This document shows, piece after piece, positions 1 to 11,959 of a stretch of 64,000 bases of DNA (its first letter is position 1; every line of letters begins with the position of its first letter). The notes under the pieces are model-generated. The model saw only the letters and a list, made by a program, of their open reading frames with translations, searched no databases and was not told the DNA's origin. The translations under genes were made by a program, and so were the position numbers. Origin of the DNA: Oculina patagonica (lineage: Eukaryota); the NCBI RefSeq assembly GCF_052425735.1, contig NC_135770.1, forward strand, positions 29,822,001-29,886,000, read 5' to 3'.

Positions 1-1405
1 CGTAGTCGTTTCACTCTTTTGAAGAACGGCCACTCCCAAGCGTACATCTTAATGGTACGAATCCCAGGGATAATAGAGTTCATAATGTTGACGCGCTGAT
101 CAGCCACTTTAGAGATTCGTGATCGTAGGATCGCGCACACGTTAGCCATTCCACCGTAATACAGGGAAAGTGAGATCAAAAAAGCCACTCCCAGAAAAGA
201 TCTCCATCCAAATAAGTACGCCATAAGAAACGCCACGCTTATTGTTTCAAAGAGGGCTTGAATTAGCAGAAAAATGCACCAAACCGAATGTTCGAAGCGT
301 TGTAGGTCACTGGCGATAAGGTTGATGATGTATCCACTTGTGATCCTTGATAGATCCGCTTGGCTCAGACTAATAACCTGATAAGGAAATTAATAGAACG
401 TATGGTGCTTAGTTGGAGAGAAAAAGAGATTTGATTATGATTTAATTTTCACAAGAACATTCTTAAAGAGTAAATTGAGCATTCTAGTAAATTGAGCATT
501 CTTGGGGTATGCTGGGTGTGTCGTCCAGGGTGGCCCAAAACCGGGATCAGTAGAGGTACTTTGTTAATGTCCTATGTTGCGCGAAAAGCAAAAGGGGCCA
601 AGTCAGGTCAAGTCAAGTCTCTGGATGGGATAATGTCCATCACAGGTTTAATATCCTCAAGCATTTTTTAAGTTTCCCTTACAGCTCACCAGTGGCCATT
701 TATACCTTTAGATGAAGAGGGGCACTGAGAATAGTGTGTCGCCATAGAACACAAACACAATGACCCCGGTTAGCGGGGACACGGACCGCTTAATCCAGAG
801 TCGAATGGGTTATAGCTATTAGGCCACTGCGCCTCCCACTGAACAACGACTACGATCTTTATTTTTACCTTTTTGTATATGATACCAATAGTTGCTGACT
901 TCAATTTTAGGGCCATCAAATAAGCATTATAACATGAATGGTGCTGGGCAACTAATCGCACGAAAGAACTCAGGCAGATACCGCCAGCGTAGATATATGT
1001 CCATGCCAGCTCTTTATGGGAAGACTTCATTAATTCTGGTAACAACAAACTCAAAAACACTAGCTGGAGAGTATTTCCAATGCCAACTAACAAAGTTGTA
1101 CTCAAAACGAACATGTAATCAGTCCAGGGGAACATTGCTATGAGCGCTCTGAACAGTCGATGTCCATTTCCACTCTTTACAGGAACACGTCTTTCTTCAC
1201 TCCATTTCCACTGTAGTTTTTCCGTTGACGGTCCAGTTTTGTCCTCATCCGTTAAAGGAAATAGATCGTCACTTTCAAGAGGACGCTTGTTCCCGGTGGC
1301 AAGAAGCTCTCCCACCCACCCGAATGAAAGAATGGAAAAGATGGTGGCATTTTCCTTGGGATTTTTTTTGGTTTTCGACTCTAGACGATTGTACTCTGCA
1401 GCCAT
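1..1405 (-). CDS. ABCC4: ABCC4/MRP4-like short-type ABC exporter, 5' exons (gene continues beyond the left edge)
   Basis: Exon 1405-869 (179 codons, ends aag|gtaaaa) has the ABCC lasso motif NPKENATIFSILSFGWVGELLATGNKRPLESDDLFPL, no TMD0, then TMD1 helices. Next exon from 377 (ttatcag|) reads VISLSQADLSRITSGYIINLIASDLQRF...IRTIKMYAWEWPF, typical ABCC TMD1. An acceptor at 1428-1427 implies a further upstream exon. Confidence 0.88.
610..838 (-). mobile_element. tRNA-derived SINE, degenerate
   Basis: Minus strand begins gggaggcgcagtggcctaa (A-box-like) followed by ggtcattgtgtt...ctcagtgcccctct. Related copies at ~15176-15270 (+), ~20560-20822 (-), ~42900-43095 (-), ~53000-53225 (-). Confidence 0.6.
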
Positions 1406-1765
1406 TGACGTTTTTTTTAGAGAAATCTGAAAAGAAAAGAAACTCTTTAAGTATTGTAAGAAGGATAGGTCAAAACAATGTGATCAGCAGCTCTTTTCAT
1501 AACAAAACTTGTGCGCTCTTTTATGCTCTTTTCAAATGCTTTTCTACTTGCGGTGAATCGAAGTGAATATGCAAACTAGTAATGCCATTTTGTGGTGGGT
1601 CTGTTCGTTATATTCCAGGAATTTACGTTTCCTTTATTTAGCTAATTACCCAGAAAAATTGACAGTTTGACAGTTTTAACGCGGGTCATTATATGTCGAA
1701 AGATAGTCACTATGCAAGTAACACTACACTGAAGATTAAACCGTTACTGTTCTGTGCATGTTACT

Positions 1766-2209
1766 TTTTAGCGGAGCTCCCAGCAGCACGAAGGGCTGCA
1801 GAGCAGAGCCCCATACCCATAAAAAATTAACAGACCCATGCTTTTGGTTTTTCATGGTCATCATGGCTAGCGGCATGGCTCACGGGCGCGTGCGACGAAG
1901 TTGCCCCAACATGGCGGCCATACTCCAGAAATCGGTTTAATGTTATGGTTAACGCCAGCTTACATCTTTGATATTGGACATCCATGTCATGGTCAATAGA
2001 CAGCTGTCAAAACAAGGTATCCGCTGACCAGTATCACATGACCATTTCGCAGGCTCACATATAGAACTCATCGAGGTCGAATTTTTTTAAAGTTTACCGC
2101 TGACCAAATAATGATTTACATTGGATCACGGGCTCAAGTGCTATATTTTTTCTGTTATTGGTGAGTAAATTGGGAGCTCCGCTTTTAGGCTTGGCTAAAT
2201 CTATTTAAT
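1766..2209 (+). mobile_element. Non-autonomous Helentron-like (HINE-type) element
   Basis: Subterminal inverted repeats AGCGGAGCTCC (1770-1780) / GGAGCTCCGCT (2173-2183), then a 3' stem-loop TTTAGGCTTGGCTAAA. Inverted family member at 58779-59402 shares the core gacagctgtcaaaacaaggtatccgct. Confidence 0.65.
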
Positions 2210-2996
2210 ACTGTCTAGCTTCAGTCGTATACCATTTCTTGCTCCACGAGCGGTCCAGTAGAACTGAACCGTGTAATCTGATTGGTCCCTGATTGATTCG
2301 TGATTTCTTCTTTCGATATCATTCATGATCAGAAAGGCATTGTTAACTACTCAGTGGGGGGGTAGAAGGAAGCTAAACTAATTTTCCATATTTGACGAAG
2401 ATGGAACAAATGATCTCGTTTTCACGATACTTGGAAACACACGATCACGATTTACGGACTACAAAAATGATCACACATGGAGTGACGAAAATAACCTTTT
2501 TGCTGATTTTAAATCATTGAAGCATAAAAACGAACATGATGAACATAACAACTTTTTAAATGTTATGCAATTTGGTGGCCGAAAGAACATTATCTTTCGG
2601 GAAAAGGAGTACTTTGAAGAAGCACATGCATCATCACAACAACACAGTTTTGTTGCAGCAATAATGCGAGAACCCGACCTAAAGCTTTCTGTAAATAAAT
2701 GCATTGTTAACTGGACCGTACAGTCTCACAACCCACACACGACTTAGTTCTCCATTTCAGGAATAACATATTTTTGGGCCAGGTGTTATAAAGTTTATCC
2801 GAAATGTCAAAGAATACTTAAAAAATTAACACGATTGCTTGTTCATCAACCCCATTAAATCGCGTGATTTTTGAAGGTGTCTTTCCTTCAGTAAATAGGC
2901 TTAAAGGGCGTGAGAGTTCAATCTGCGATGTTGTCGATCCGATTTACTTCAGCGGATTTGGCTTTCAAGACATTAAAACGCTAAATTTATTATTTT

Positions 2997-3311
2997 CAGT
3001 AAGACACTACCTCTCTGGAGCCTCTATTTTCATTCGCCCGCTGTAAACACTACCTCTATTGTTATTCAGGGCTAGGGGCATTGTTGTCACCTGTTATCTA
3101 TTGTTTTAAGAACCAATGAATTAACTCGTTCCGAGAGGTAGTGGGCGACCCGAGGTCAGTAAGACACTACCTCTCTGGAGCCTCTATTTTCATTCGCCCG
3201 CTGTAAACACTACCTCTATTGTTATTCAGGGCTAGGGGCATTGTTGTCACCTGTTATCTATTGTTTTAAGAACCAATGAATTAACTCGTTCCGAGAGGTA
3301 GTGGGCGACCC
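2997..3311. repeat. Perfect head-to-tail dimer (160-bp period) with 8-bp flanking duplication
   Basis: 2997-3151 is identical to 3157-3311. Flanked by ATTATTTT (2989-2996, 3312-3319). Absent from the paralogous unit at ~4550. Confidence 0.85.
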
Positions 3312-5640
3312 ATTATTTTTCTTTTTCAAAATTTCGCCGTTTTACTTTTTTTTACAAAGTCCTAGCCTGTCCTCGTTTGAGGACATCATCGCTAGACAGC
3401 AAAAGTATGCTGAAATCAGTTGGCTTAAGCTAGGAAAAGAATGCCATCGATCGAATAATTAATTGGAACTGAATCGATATGCATGGAAAAGTTATCTTCA
3501 TTCCGAGCTTCATTATGAAATGAAATTATTAAAAGATAAAACAGCAATCATAGCAAATGTTTTCAGGTGCTAACAAACGCTCACAGGTGTACAAGTATAA
3601 GTATTGTGCCTGTCTTATCCGGCGATCGATACTTTCGAATAGCAAATAGTTGATTTCCCCGCGCATATTAATGGAGTTGTTAATATTCTCGAGTATTTCA
3701 ATCACTCACATCATAGAAAGAAACTATCTGACTGCTAGAAGTGATTCGGACATCTTACCTGATTGGATTGATCGCTACAAGTCAGTAATTAAGATACCAC
3801 TCTATAACTCTAAAGCGTACAACGCTTTACGTGATTTCCCAGCCTCGCTGCATAAGTGAGGAATGAAACGCACGAAGTAACTCAAAGCTTCGTTGATTTA
3901 AATTTCGAAGACATTTGTTCATTACTCACTTACTCACTAGAGCGACAAACCGTGACAAGATTCTACAACGGTATATTGTTACACGAGACGGTTTTAACCA
4001 CAACTTTGCTACATACTATAATAAATGGTTATTGTGTTCTACTCCTATGGTAAGCTTGACGATTTTTTTGATCAAAAAAAAAAAAAACAACCAAAAAAAC
4101 ATACCAATTTGTATCTGTAGATAAGTTTGCTGATTTCTAGTCATTAAAGCGTAAAACCGAACTTGGAAAACATAACATAAAAGTTTTTAAATGTTACGCA
4201 ATTTGGTGGTCAAAAGAACATTATGTTCCAAAAAAATGCAATACTTTGCAGAAACTCATGAACTTAGCCCGGCTTAAAACTGTCTGTAAATAAATACATT
4301 GTTAACTGGACCATACAGTCTGACTCTTAGTCATGAATAATACGGTCCTGTGCCTGGTGTTAAAAATGACAGAGAATCCTTAAAAATTTAACACGTTTGC
4401 TTATTCATTTACGCCATTGAAATCGCGTTATTTTTGAACATGTCTCCTTATCTTCAGTGTAATTGTCCTACGCAAAGGGCGTGAGAGTTCTATGATGCTG
4501 TCGATCAGATCTGCTTCAGCGGATTTGGCTTTCAAGTCCTTCTGCACGCTAAATTTATAACTTTTCCTTTTCCCTGTTTCACTTTTTGCAAAGTACTGGC
4601 CTGTCCTCGTTTATGGACATTTGTTGCATAGCACAGTATGCTGAAATCAGTTGGCTTATACTATTGAATATTAATTGGATGTGAATCGATATGCATAGGG
4701 AAGTTATCTAATTCCAACCTTTATTATGCGATTAAATTATTAAACGATGAAAGAGCAATCATGGCAAATGATTTCAGGTGCTGCCAAAACTCACACATAA
4801 ATACATGTTTGCACTGTGTCCTATCCGGCGATCGATTATTTGGAATAGTTATAATAATAATAGTTGATTCGCTCAACGTATTAATAATTCTAATATTCTC
4901 GGGTATTTCAGTCATTCGCCTCGTAAGAATCTATCCGGCAGCTGGAAGAAGTGCCAGATTTGGACATCTTACCTGATTGAATAATTAGCTACAAGTCAGT
5001 AATTAAACTACAAGTCAATAACTCTCAAGCGTACAACTCTTTACGTTATTTCCCAGCCTTGTTGCATCAGCGAGGAATGGCGAATTAACTCAAGGCTTCG
5101 TTGATTTAGTTGTGTAAAACATTTGCTCATTACTCGTTTACTCACTTACTAGAGCGACAAGCCGTGACGAGATTATATAACGGTATGTTACACGAGACAG
5201 TTTTCACCACAACATTGCTTCACGCTTTAAACATCGTCATTGTGCATGTTCTTCTCCCAAGATACGCTTTGGTGTTTTTCATGTTGGTTTTGTAATAATT
5301 ATTGAAAAAATAAAAGGACCTTTCATACGATTTTGGGGCCCTTAAACAGAGGTATAACGGGTCTGCCCAGATGCAGTGTTAGAAAACATTGATATGTCTG
5401 ATCACAAGCAACGGGAAGGAGTTTGTATAGGTTCCAGAGCGCGAAATATCCCAACCTTAACAGTTTGAAGTCCCTCCTGCTAACCTTAATTTTTAACACC
5501 CTCCCCCACCTCCCCGTTATATGCACCGAACAAAAGTGGAAGGCTGCAATTCTGTCACTCTCAAGGACTATCTTTCTTGCAGTGCTGTTTCACGGCCACA
5601 GTGATTCAGCCTTCTTATCTGAAACTTAATTGCCACAGCT

Positions 5641-5893
5641 CTAAAGCGGCCTTCACACGACAAACTGAAGTTGGCAAACTTGTGTTGGCAAACTGAATCG
5701 AAACTGAAGTTGGTGTGTTTGAACGACACAACAGCAGTTGGCCGAGCATGTTGACAACCTGTTGCCGACAAATAGACCTTGTCTCCATTTCTCGCCAACA
5801 GTTTGCCAACATGCTTGCCACCTATTAATGTGTCGTTCACACACACCAACTTGAGTTTGCCAACATAATTTTGTGGTGTGAAGGCTGCTTTAG
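5641..5893. mobile_element. MITE (PIF/Harbinger-like)
   Basis: TIR ctaaagcggccttcacac / gtgtgaaggctgctttag; internal gttggcaaact repeats. Confidence 0.7.
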
Positions 5894-6676
5894 ACGTCCT
5901 TCTCTTTATTTGATTTTCACCTTTGCGTCGCTTGCTTAATTTATAAAATAATTGCACATTATTGGCCTACTCACTGAAGTGCAAGACCGTGACGAAGATG
6001 ATGATCTTTTAGCCAGTGTGTACATCCAACTTCTCGCAGAAGACATAAGCTGTAGCGAGGGACCAGATATTATCAACTAAGAACTTGCAAGCAGTCTGTT
6101 AAGACGAGAGGCAGAGAAAACATAAAGGGATTAGCTTAGCTAAACCAGACTCACTAAGCAGAAGGGCTTCATCGGAGGCCAAAGTTATTGTTAAACGCTA
6201 AATCAGTACTTCAGGGCCCCAGCCTAAAAACGCACAGCTCCATGAATAATATATCTGTCTGAAGCTATTCAGTTTATCCGAAATGGTAGAGTACTTAAAA
6301 TATAAAAATATAAAGTTTGCTTGTTACAAGATCTAAGAGTGTGATCGGTAATACCGCGTTTATGGCCATCCCTAGACATAACTAACGGGCTTGAGAGTTA
6401 TCTGATGCTTCAGTGGACTTGGCCTTCAAGTCCTTCTTAGCGGCTTTAGAACTTTTCTCGTTTCCACTGTTGGTTACAAAGCACTAGTCTATCCACGTTT
6501 GGGGGCTTATTAGAAAGCACGTTTGAAATTCAATCTTTATAAATTAAATGCTACTAATAGGGGGAATATGTAAATATCTTCAGGTGCTGACAATACTCAC
6601 AGATGTACATGTTCATTGTGCCTGTCTTTTCCGGGGATCGATTATTTGGAATAGTTATACTTCAGTCAGTGAATAG

Positions 6677-6922
6677 CACAGGGGCCCTTATTTCGCTGAA
6701 GCAACAGTCAACGCAAAACCCTCCAAATCGCCCAAATTCGCCATTTTGAGCCGCAGAAACGACAAAATACAACAGTTGAGGTAGGTTTACGTTTATTTTG
6801 AATTTAAACATAGACATTACTCGAAATAAGTTAACGATAATAAGACGCTTTCAAAATCCCTTATACATTTCTTTATATTTCGAACATACAAACAGTCACG
6901 CCGCTTGTATGGGCGCCCTGTG
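6677..6922. mobile_element. MITE with 7-bp TSD (P-element-like ends)
   Basis: CACAGGG...CCCTGTG termini, TGAATAG duplicated at 6670-6676 and 6923-6929. Related copy at ~25310-25517. Confidence 0.7.
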
Positions 6923-8222
6923 TGAATAGTTGATTCGTCCGCGCATAATAATGGTGTTTCTAAGGATTAGGGTTTAGGGTTATATTCTCCAATACTTCAA
7001 TCATTTGCATCGTATAAAAACTAACTGACAGCTCACAGCGATTCGAACATCTTACCTGATTGGATTGGGCATTTAAGTTATTTGCAATCACAACTCTTAG
7101 TATTTCACGCTTTATGTGATTTCCCAGCCTTGCTGCATCATGCAGTGATAAATAAATGAAACGCACGAATTAACTCAGGGCCTGTTTCATTTATGAATAA
7201 TTTCTTATTACTGATTTACCTGCACTGCAGCGTACAACCATGACGAAGATAATACAATGATTTTCATATTGTTATTTCTTGCTTCTGCCAAAAGAACTCC
7301 GCTTTTTTCGAAAGTTCTTTTCGTTTCTGTTTTTTCTTTACCTTTTTTTAAGTTTTCAAGTAGCCGTTTACCAACGAAAATGAGACCACGAAGTTTATGG
7401 GAAGGAGACCAAGAAGGCAATTATTGAAGCTGCCAAATCCATATCGTGTAGTTTTTACTACGTTTGTTTAGTTAAAGACATGACGGACGGAACGGGGAAC
7501 GCGGAGTCTGCTAGGTCGTGGGTTGGAGCCTCAATGAGGTCAAAGAATTATCTTTGCATGCCTCGTGTGTTCCCCGATGTTCCTTTTAAAAGGCTAACGT
7601 TCAATTCTCTTTTTACCAGCTGCTAGATCGAGTCTGACTGTTTCACGATCTTATCAAAAAAATAAGGACTCTTTTTAAAGAATCCCATTTTTTTCGTTTT
7701 CGTCCTGGGTAGAGAGGGGGTTCTATTCGCTGCCTAAATTATCATTCTTATTCTTTTTTCTGTAGGGATATATAGTTACCGTCCGACGAAAGAGCGACGT
7801 CGGATCGGTTTTCACTCCCTCTTGCTTGTAGCTGAAAACGTGGTATGGTTCTTCGGTGTGATTTAATATGACTTATTTTAACAAGGTTTATTTAGTTGTG
7901 TTTATGGTAAAAACTGTCAACCTTTTTCTGGACGAATTGCCTTGTTCAAAAGCCTTTTACACTGCATGAGTAATTTTAGGGAATGGACGCGTTCTTTCCA
8001 CAGTCCTTGACAAGTACAAGTTTCCAAGTTCAAAAACTGACATACTTCATTTGTTACAGTTTTGAGAAACTTTCTGGTGACACTTACATACCGTTTGAAT
8101 GTTTAAAGCAATTTTACACTGAGATTCTTTATGAATCTCGTTTCATTTGCAGCAGTTTCTCATTTAAACCGAGGTTGAAATCGAACATAAAAACTATTAT
8201 AAACTATCTCAGTACGTTTTCC

Positions 8223-11154
8223 CTAATCAAGAGCAGCATTTTGCAAATACCTCCCAAATGGTTCAAACAAAGGCTTCATTATTCTAAAGTTTTCCTGGTA
8301 TAGATTGCCGAGATCTAACTCTTTGAGCTTCCTTTGCGCTGAGGCAACTAGTTCTTCATCCTTTCCCAGTGCAAGGTAGCATTGCCATAACACATACCAC
8401 CGAACGATGATCTCTGGGCAATAAAATGCGTGGCCTTTGAACGAAAAGTCTCTTATGTGACGGTCAACAGAATTTTTGTCAAAAGCGGAAAATATGGGAA
8501 ACGTTCGCGAACTGTTATCGTATCTTTCGCCCAACGAAGAGCCGTTCTCTAAGATTGTAGCTGCAGCTTCAAAGTTGCCATCGAGGTAATTTTCAAGAGC
8601 CACGACAACATTGCTCTGAGAGTCGTCTTGACAAGATAGGGCCGTTTGCCGCAATCGAATCAACTCTTTCTGATGAAATAGGTGCCATTCAGACCTGGAG
8701 TCCACTTCGTGGAGGTAAGCTCTCAAGCATTTGAAGTATGCGAAGCGAAGAGTACTGATGATGAATTCTTCCTCTTTTGCATGTGCCCTGGATGAAACTT
8801 GCAGAAATGTTCTCATAGCTTTCAGGATAAATTCTTTTCGCTGAGGATACTGTTCTGAAGCGTACCAAGAACGAGCCAATTCTCGGTACACCTTCAAGCA
8901 ATAATAAATGCGGTAGTTCCTCTCGCAACGCTTCTGCAAATCAGACAAGACCCCTGGACACATCGTCAAAAAGTCCCCCAGACTGCGTTCATCAGAAATT
9001 CCATAAAACACCGCGGGGATATCAAAGGGCGCCCAGTTGGTTTGGCGAACTCCCTTCAGGTAGCACCAAATTCCCTTGTTCAACCAGATATGAGCGTACA
9101 ACTCGTCGCGAGTCTGTTTACACATCCTGGACCCCTTCAACAGTTTATCCCTGGGAATTTCCGAAAACAAATTGTTCTCAGGCACGAAATAGTGGGCACA
9201 GACACCATCCGAGCAACACTTCTCAAGCTTGTCCAAAATCATCTGCAAGCAGAGGACAAGATGACGATCAATCCATTGGGAAGAATGAGTCTCTTCTATC
9301 AACCCTAACATGATGTTCAATACACAGTAGCTGGAAATACCCAGGCGGCCAAGATTTGTCCTCAGTAATGTTTTAGCATATCTGTAGCAGATTCGCTGCG
9401 CGTCGTTCCAGGAATTAACAAGAAGCAACTCAGGAATGGAGAAAGACAGTCTCCATAAGAACTTGGTTCGACATGAAGAGTTTGCCAGGAAAGGACTGTC
9501 CGCTGTTCTAGGCTTCGGTACCAGGTCGACCCCGTAGTTCATAATTGCCTTGATAACATGAGCGCTCGGAAAATCGAAATTGCGTTCCCTGCTAAACCAA
9601 CGACTCGCCTGCACAGGCCAGGAGGGGCAATGAAGGGCAAACACATTATCCAGGGAACCAATGTTGACATAATTAGGCAATGTGGACATGTTCCAGCTTA
9701 TGGTAGTTGCTGGTCCAGTCTGTTGGAAGGTCACCCATCCACCGAACCGGAAGTAGTTGAAACGAGAATGGAGCGCAGTAAATACTTCAGATGACAGAAA
9801 ACATCCATTGAAGCCCTCGCCCAACTTCTGCAGACCAGACTGATCCAAGATCTTGCCAATTTCATCAGCGATCGGAAAGCCAAAGTTGTCCACTTGCACG
9901 CTTAAGGCAATCTTTTGGTAGAGCTTTATAAAACTCGACTTTGGGACGTTCAGCTGAAGATACACATGACCAGGAAATTCAGACTTCTGCATTGTTAAAT
10001 GGTCTGCAGAACTGGCATGCCGCGGGATGTTAACACGGATTGATTTGTAAATGTACATCATATCATTATCAGAACCCGACATCCCCAGCGGTTGAAGTCC
10101 CACTCGAAAGCTCCCTGTGTATCTAACTCCGACTTCCCCCATTCCAAAGACATCTCCGATGAGCATCTCCTCAAAGGCCATGTAAGGATTCAAGAATCTC
10201 TTTCGCTCCTGCCAGACAGTGTCATGCCATTTTCCAACGTTGAATAGAAATAACGATAGCGGGACTGTGGGTACGTTTTTCCCGTAAACTTCTCTGTGGA
10301 AAAAAGAGAACAAAGCTACTAAAGTAGAATAATGTCAGTTGCTAGAGTCCATCACCATTCAATACGTACGCGTAGTTACGAACCGGAAGTCTATAACAAT
10401 GGTTATGGACTTCTGCATGGTGCAACGATACGATCGTACTGTTGAGCGGCACTCATAAAATTCTTGATAAAATTAAAAAAAAAAGATTGAAAAAATTGTC
10501 TTTGAAACCGGTTTTTTTTTACATATATTTCTGTTGGCTTTGGAAACTTCTCATCTAATTAAAAGACTAGTGTGAACATGAGCTAGCATGTGCGATTTAT
10601 TAGCACGAAAGCGGGATTCCTGACAAGTGACGATAAGATCATGCGAAATGTAGGTGGCTTACAGAGATAGGTATTCGTTTCGTTATTTCCATCATCAATA
10701 TTTTTCAATCTGACGGGGGCTTTCTGTCTCTTGAACAACTTCACTGCATGCAAGTTTGCAATTAAGGTGCGTTGATACTGATTAATACATCCAAGCATTG
10801 GCTGTAATACGTGGAAAGTGTTGATCCCCAATTGAAAGATTGGGCTTTCCTTTCTGCCTCTATCCACCTAGGAGTGCAAATATGTACCCATATGTACCAG
10901 AAAATTGGAAAGAAAGAAAGGGTGTTCCAACAGTCTTGCTGTTACTGGCCTCCTTCTCCGAACTACCCAACACCCGGAAGTAAGCTTACGTACCTGCACA
11001 GAGGCAAACCAAACCTCCTTCTCAGAAAATAACAAGTCTCTCGCCATCGTATTAACAAATGAAGCCAAATCGTTTTGAAAACGAGAACGATATTTCTTCT
11101 AGTAGAAAACTGAAGCAAAAGGAACATAAGAATGGACTTCAACCACGTAAACAT
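8223..11154 (-). CDS. cGAS-like receptor (cGLR) / Mab-21-family nucleotidyltransferase, ~743 aa, 2 exons
   Basis: Exon 1 11154-10994 (tgc ag|gtacgt, phase 2) joins in frame to exon 2 10293-8223 (ttccacag|a gaa). NTase motif TGSFRVG...SDNDMM, third acid in LDNVFAL, plus Mab-21 motifs GPATT, CPSWP, DLVPK, WRLSFSIPE, YAKTLL, SSY, HYFVPENNLF. About 300-aa helical C-terminal extension. Confidence 0.9.
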
Positions 11155-11959
11155 CGTGAACCGAACGAAGTCACTGACCGTCTGACTGAGCAGGTTTGAA
11201 CCGGAAGCCAAGAAAAGGGAATGCCGGTTGTGGAAACGAATTGCGTGACTTTAAGTCACGCAAAAATCGAGAACTGTTGTTTTCTCCTCCTCAAGAGGAA
11301 CTTTCTTCTACTTGTCCAGCACTTTGTGAATTAATAATCATGCTTTTGTTTCCAACAAAAACTATTGACAGTAACTGGCTAATTTCTTGGCTTTAGTTGG
11401 CCATTTTTGTAATATCATAGTGTAAGAAGAATAAAAACATTACTCTGACAGGTCACAGTTCTACCCTCCCTCCCTCCCCCCAAAATGTTTTTATATATAA
11501 CTATTTTAAGTCATTTCCCAAAACTTGTTAGATTTCTCAACAGGAAACTAAAGAATGATAAGCATTAACTTTTGATTTCACAATATCAACACACTAGACA
11601 GATGATGAGTTATAAAGAAAACCATCATTGATACTAGGATACTGGGCATTGATATAACAACAGATTCACAGAGTTAACATTCAAAGAGATGTTCAGCAAA
11701 CAACAATTAGATTATTAAAGCCAGCATAACTGGCATGCAATGCACGCAAGCAGTTTAAAAGGGACTGTGTCACAGATTTTACCAGATTTTTGAACAGCCA
11801 AAAGTTATATTTGTGTCGCAGGAAACCTAAAAATAATACTCCATTTTTATTGAAAACTGCTATTATTGGAGCACTGAAACTGTTAACAAGCATCTTTGGC
11901 TGCAGATTGCACGGATGGAAAAAGATTGCAAATTGGTTCCGTGCGTCATCAAGAATTAT

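Larger units (their letters stand above)
2480..7190. repeat. Three diverged tandem copies of a ~1.2-1.6 kb non-coding unit
   Basis: Collinear shared blocks at ~2480-4050, ~4125-5290 and partially ~6260-7190, e.g. agtatgctgaaatcagttggctta (3404/4636) and gatttcccagcct (3833/~5047/7118). Confidence 0.75.

Noticed and set aside
8689-9794. Short ORFs overlapping the cGLR exon, and most other 60-130 aa ORFs in the track
   Set aside because: Alternative-frame, antisense or repeat-derived; no coding signatures or splice support.
10294-10313. ORF-track start MFSFFH of the 696-aa ORF
   Set aside because: It is a TTG inside the polypyrimidine tract of the splice acceptor.
10583-11068. Two abutting in-frame minus-strand ORFs separated by one TAG (possible readthrough gene)
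   Set aside because: They lie mostly in the cGLR intron, use non-ATG starts and show no recognisable motifs.
11215-11230. GGGAATGCC as an NF-kB site in the cGLR promoter
   Set aside because: Imperfect match to GGGRNWYYCC and expected by chance.
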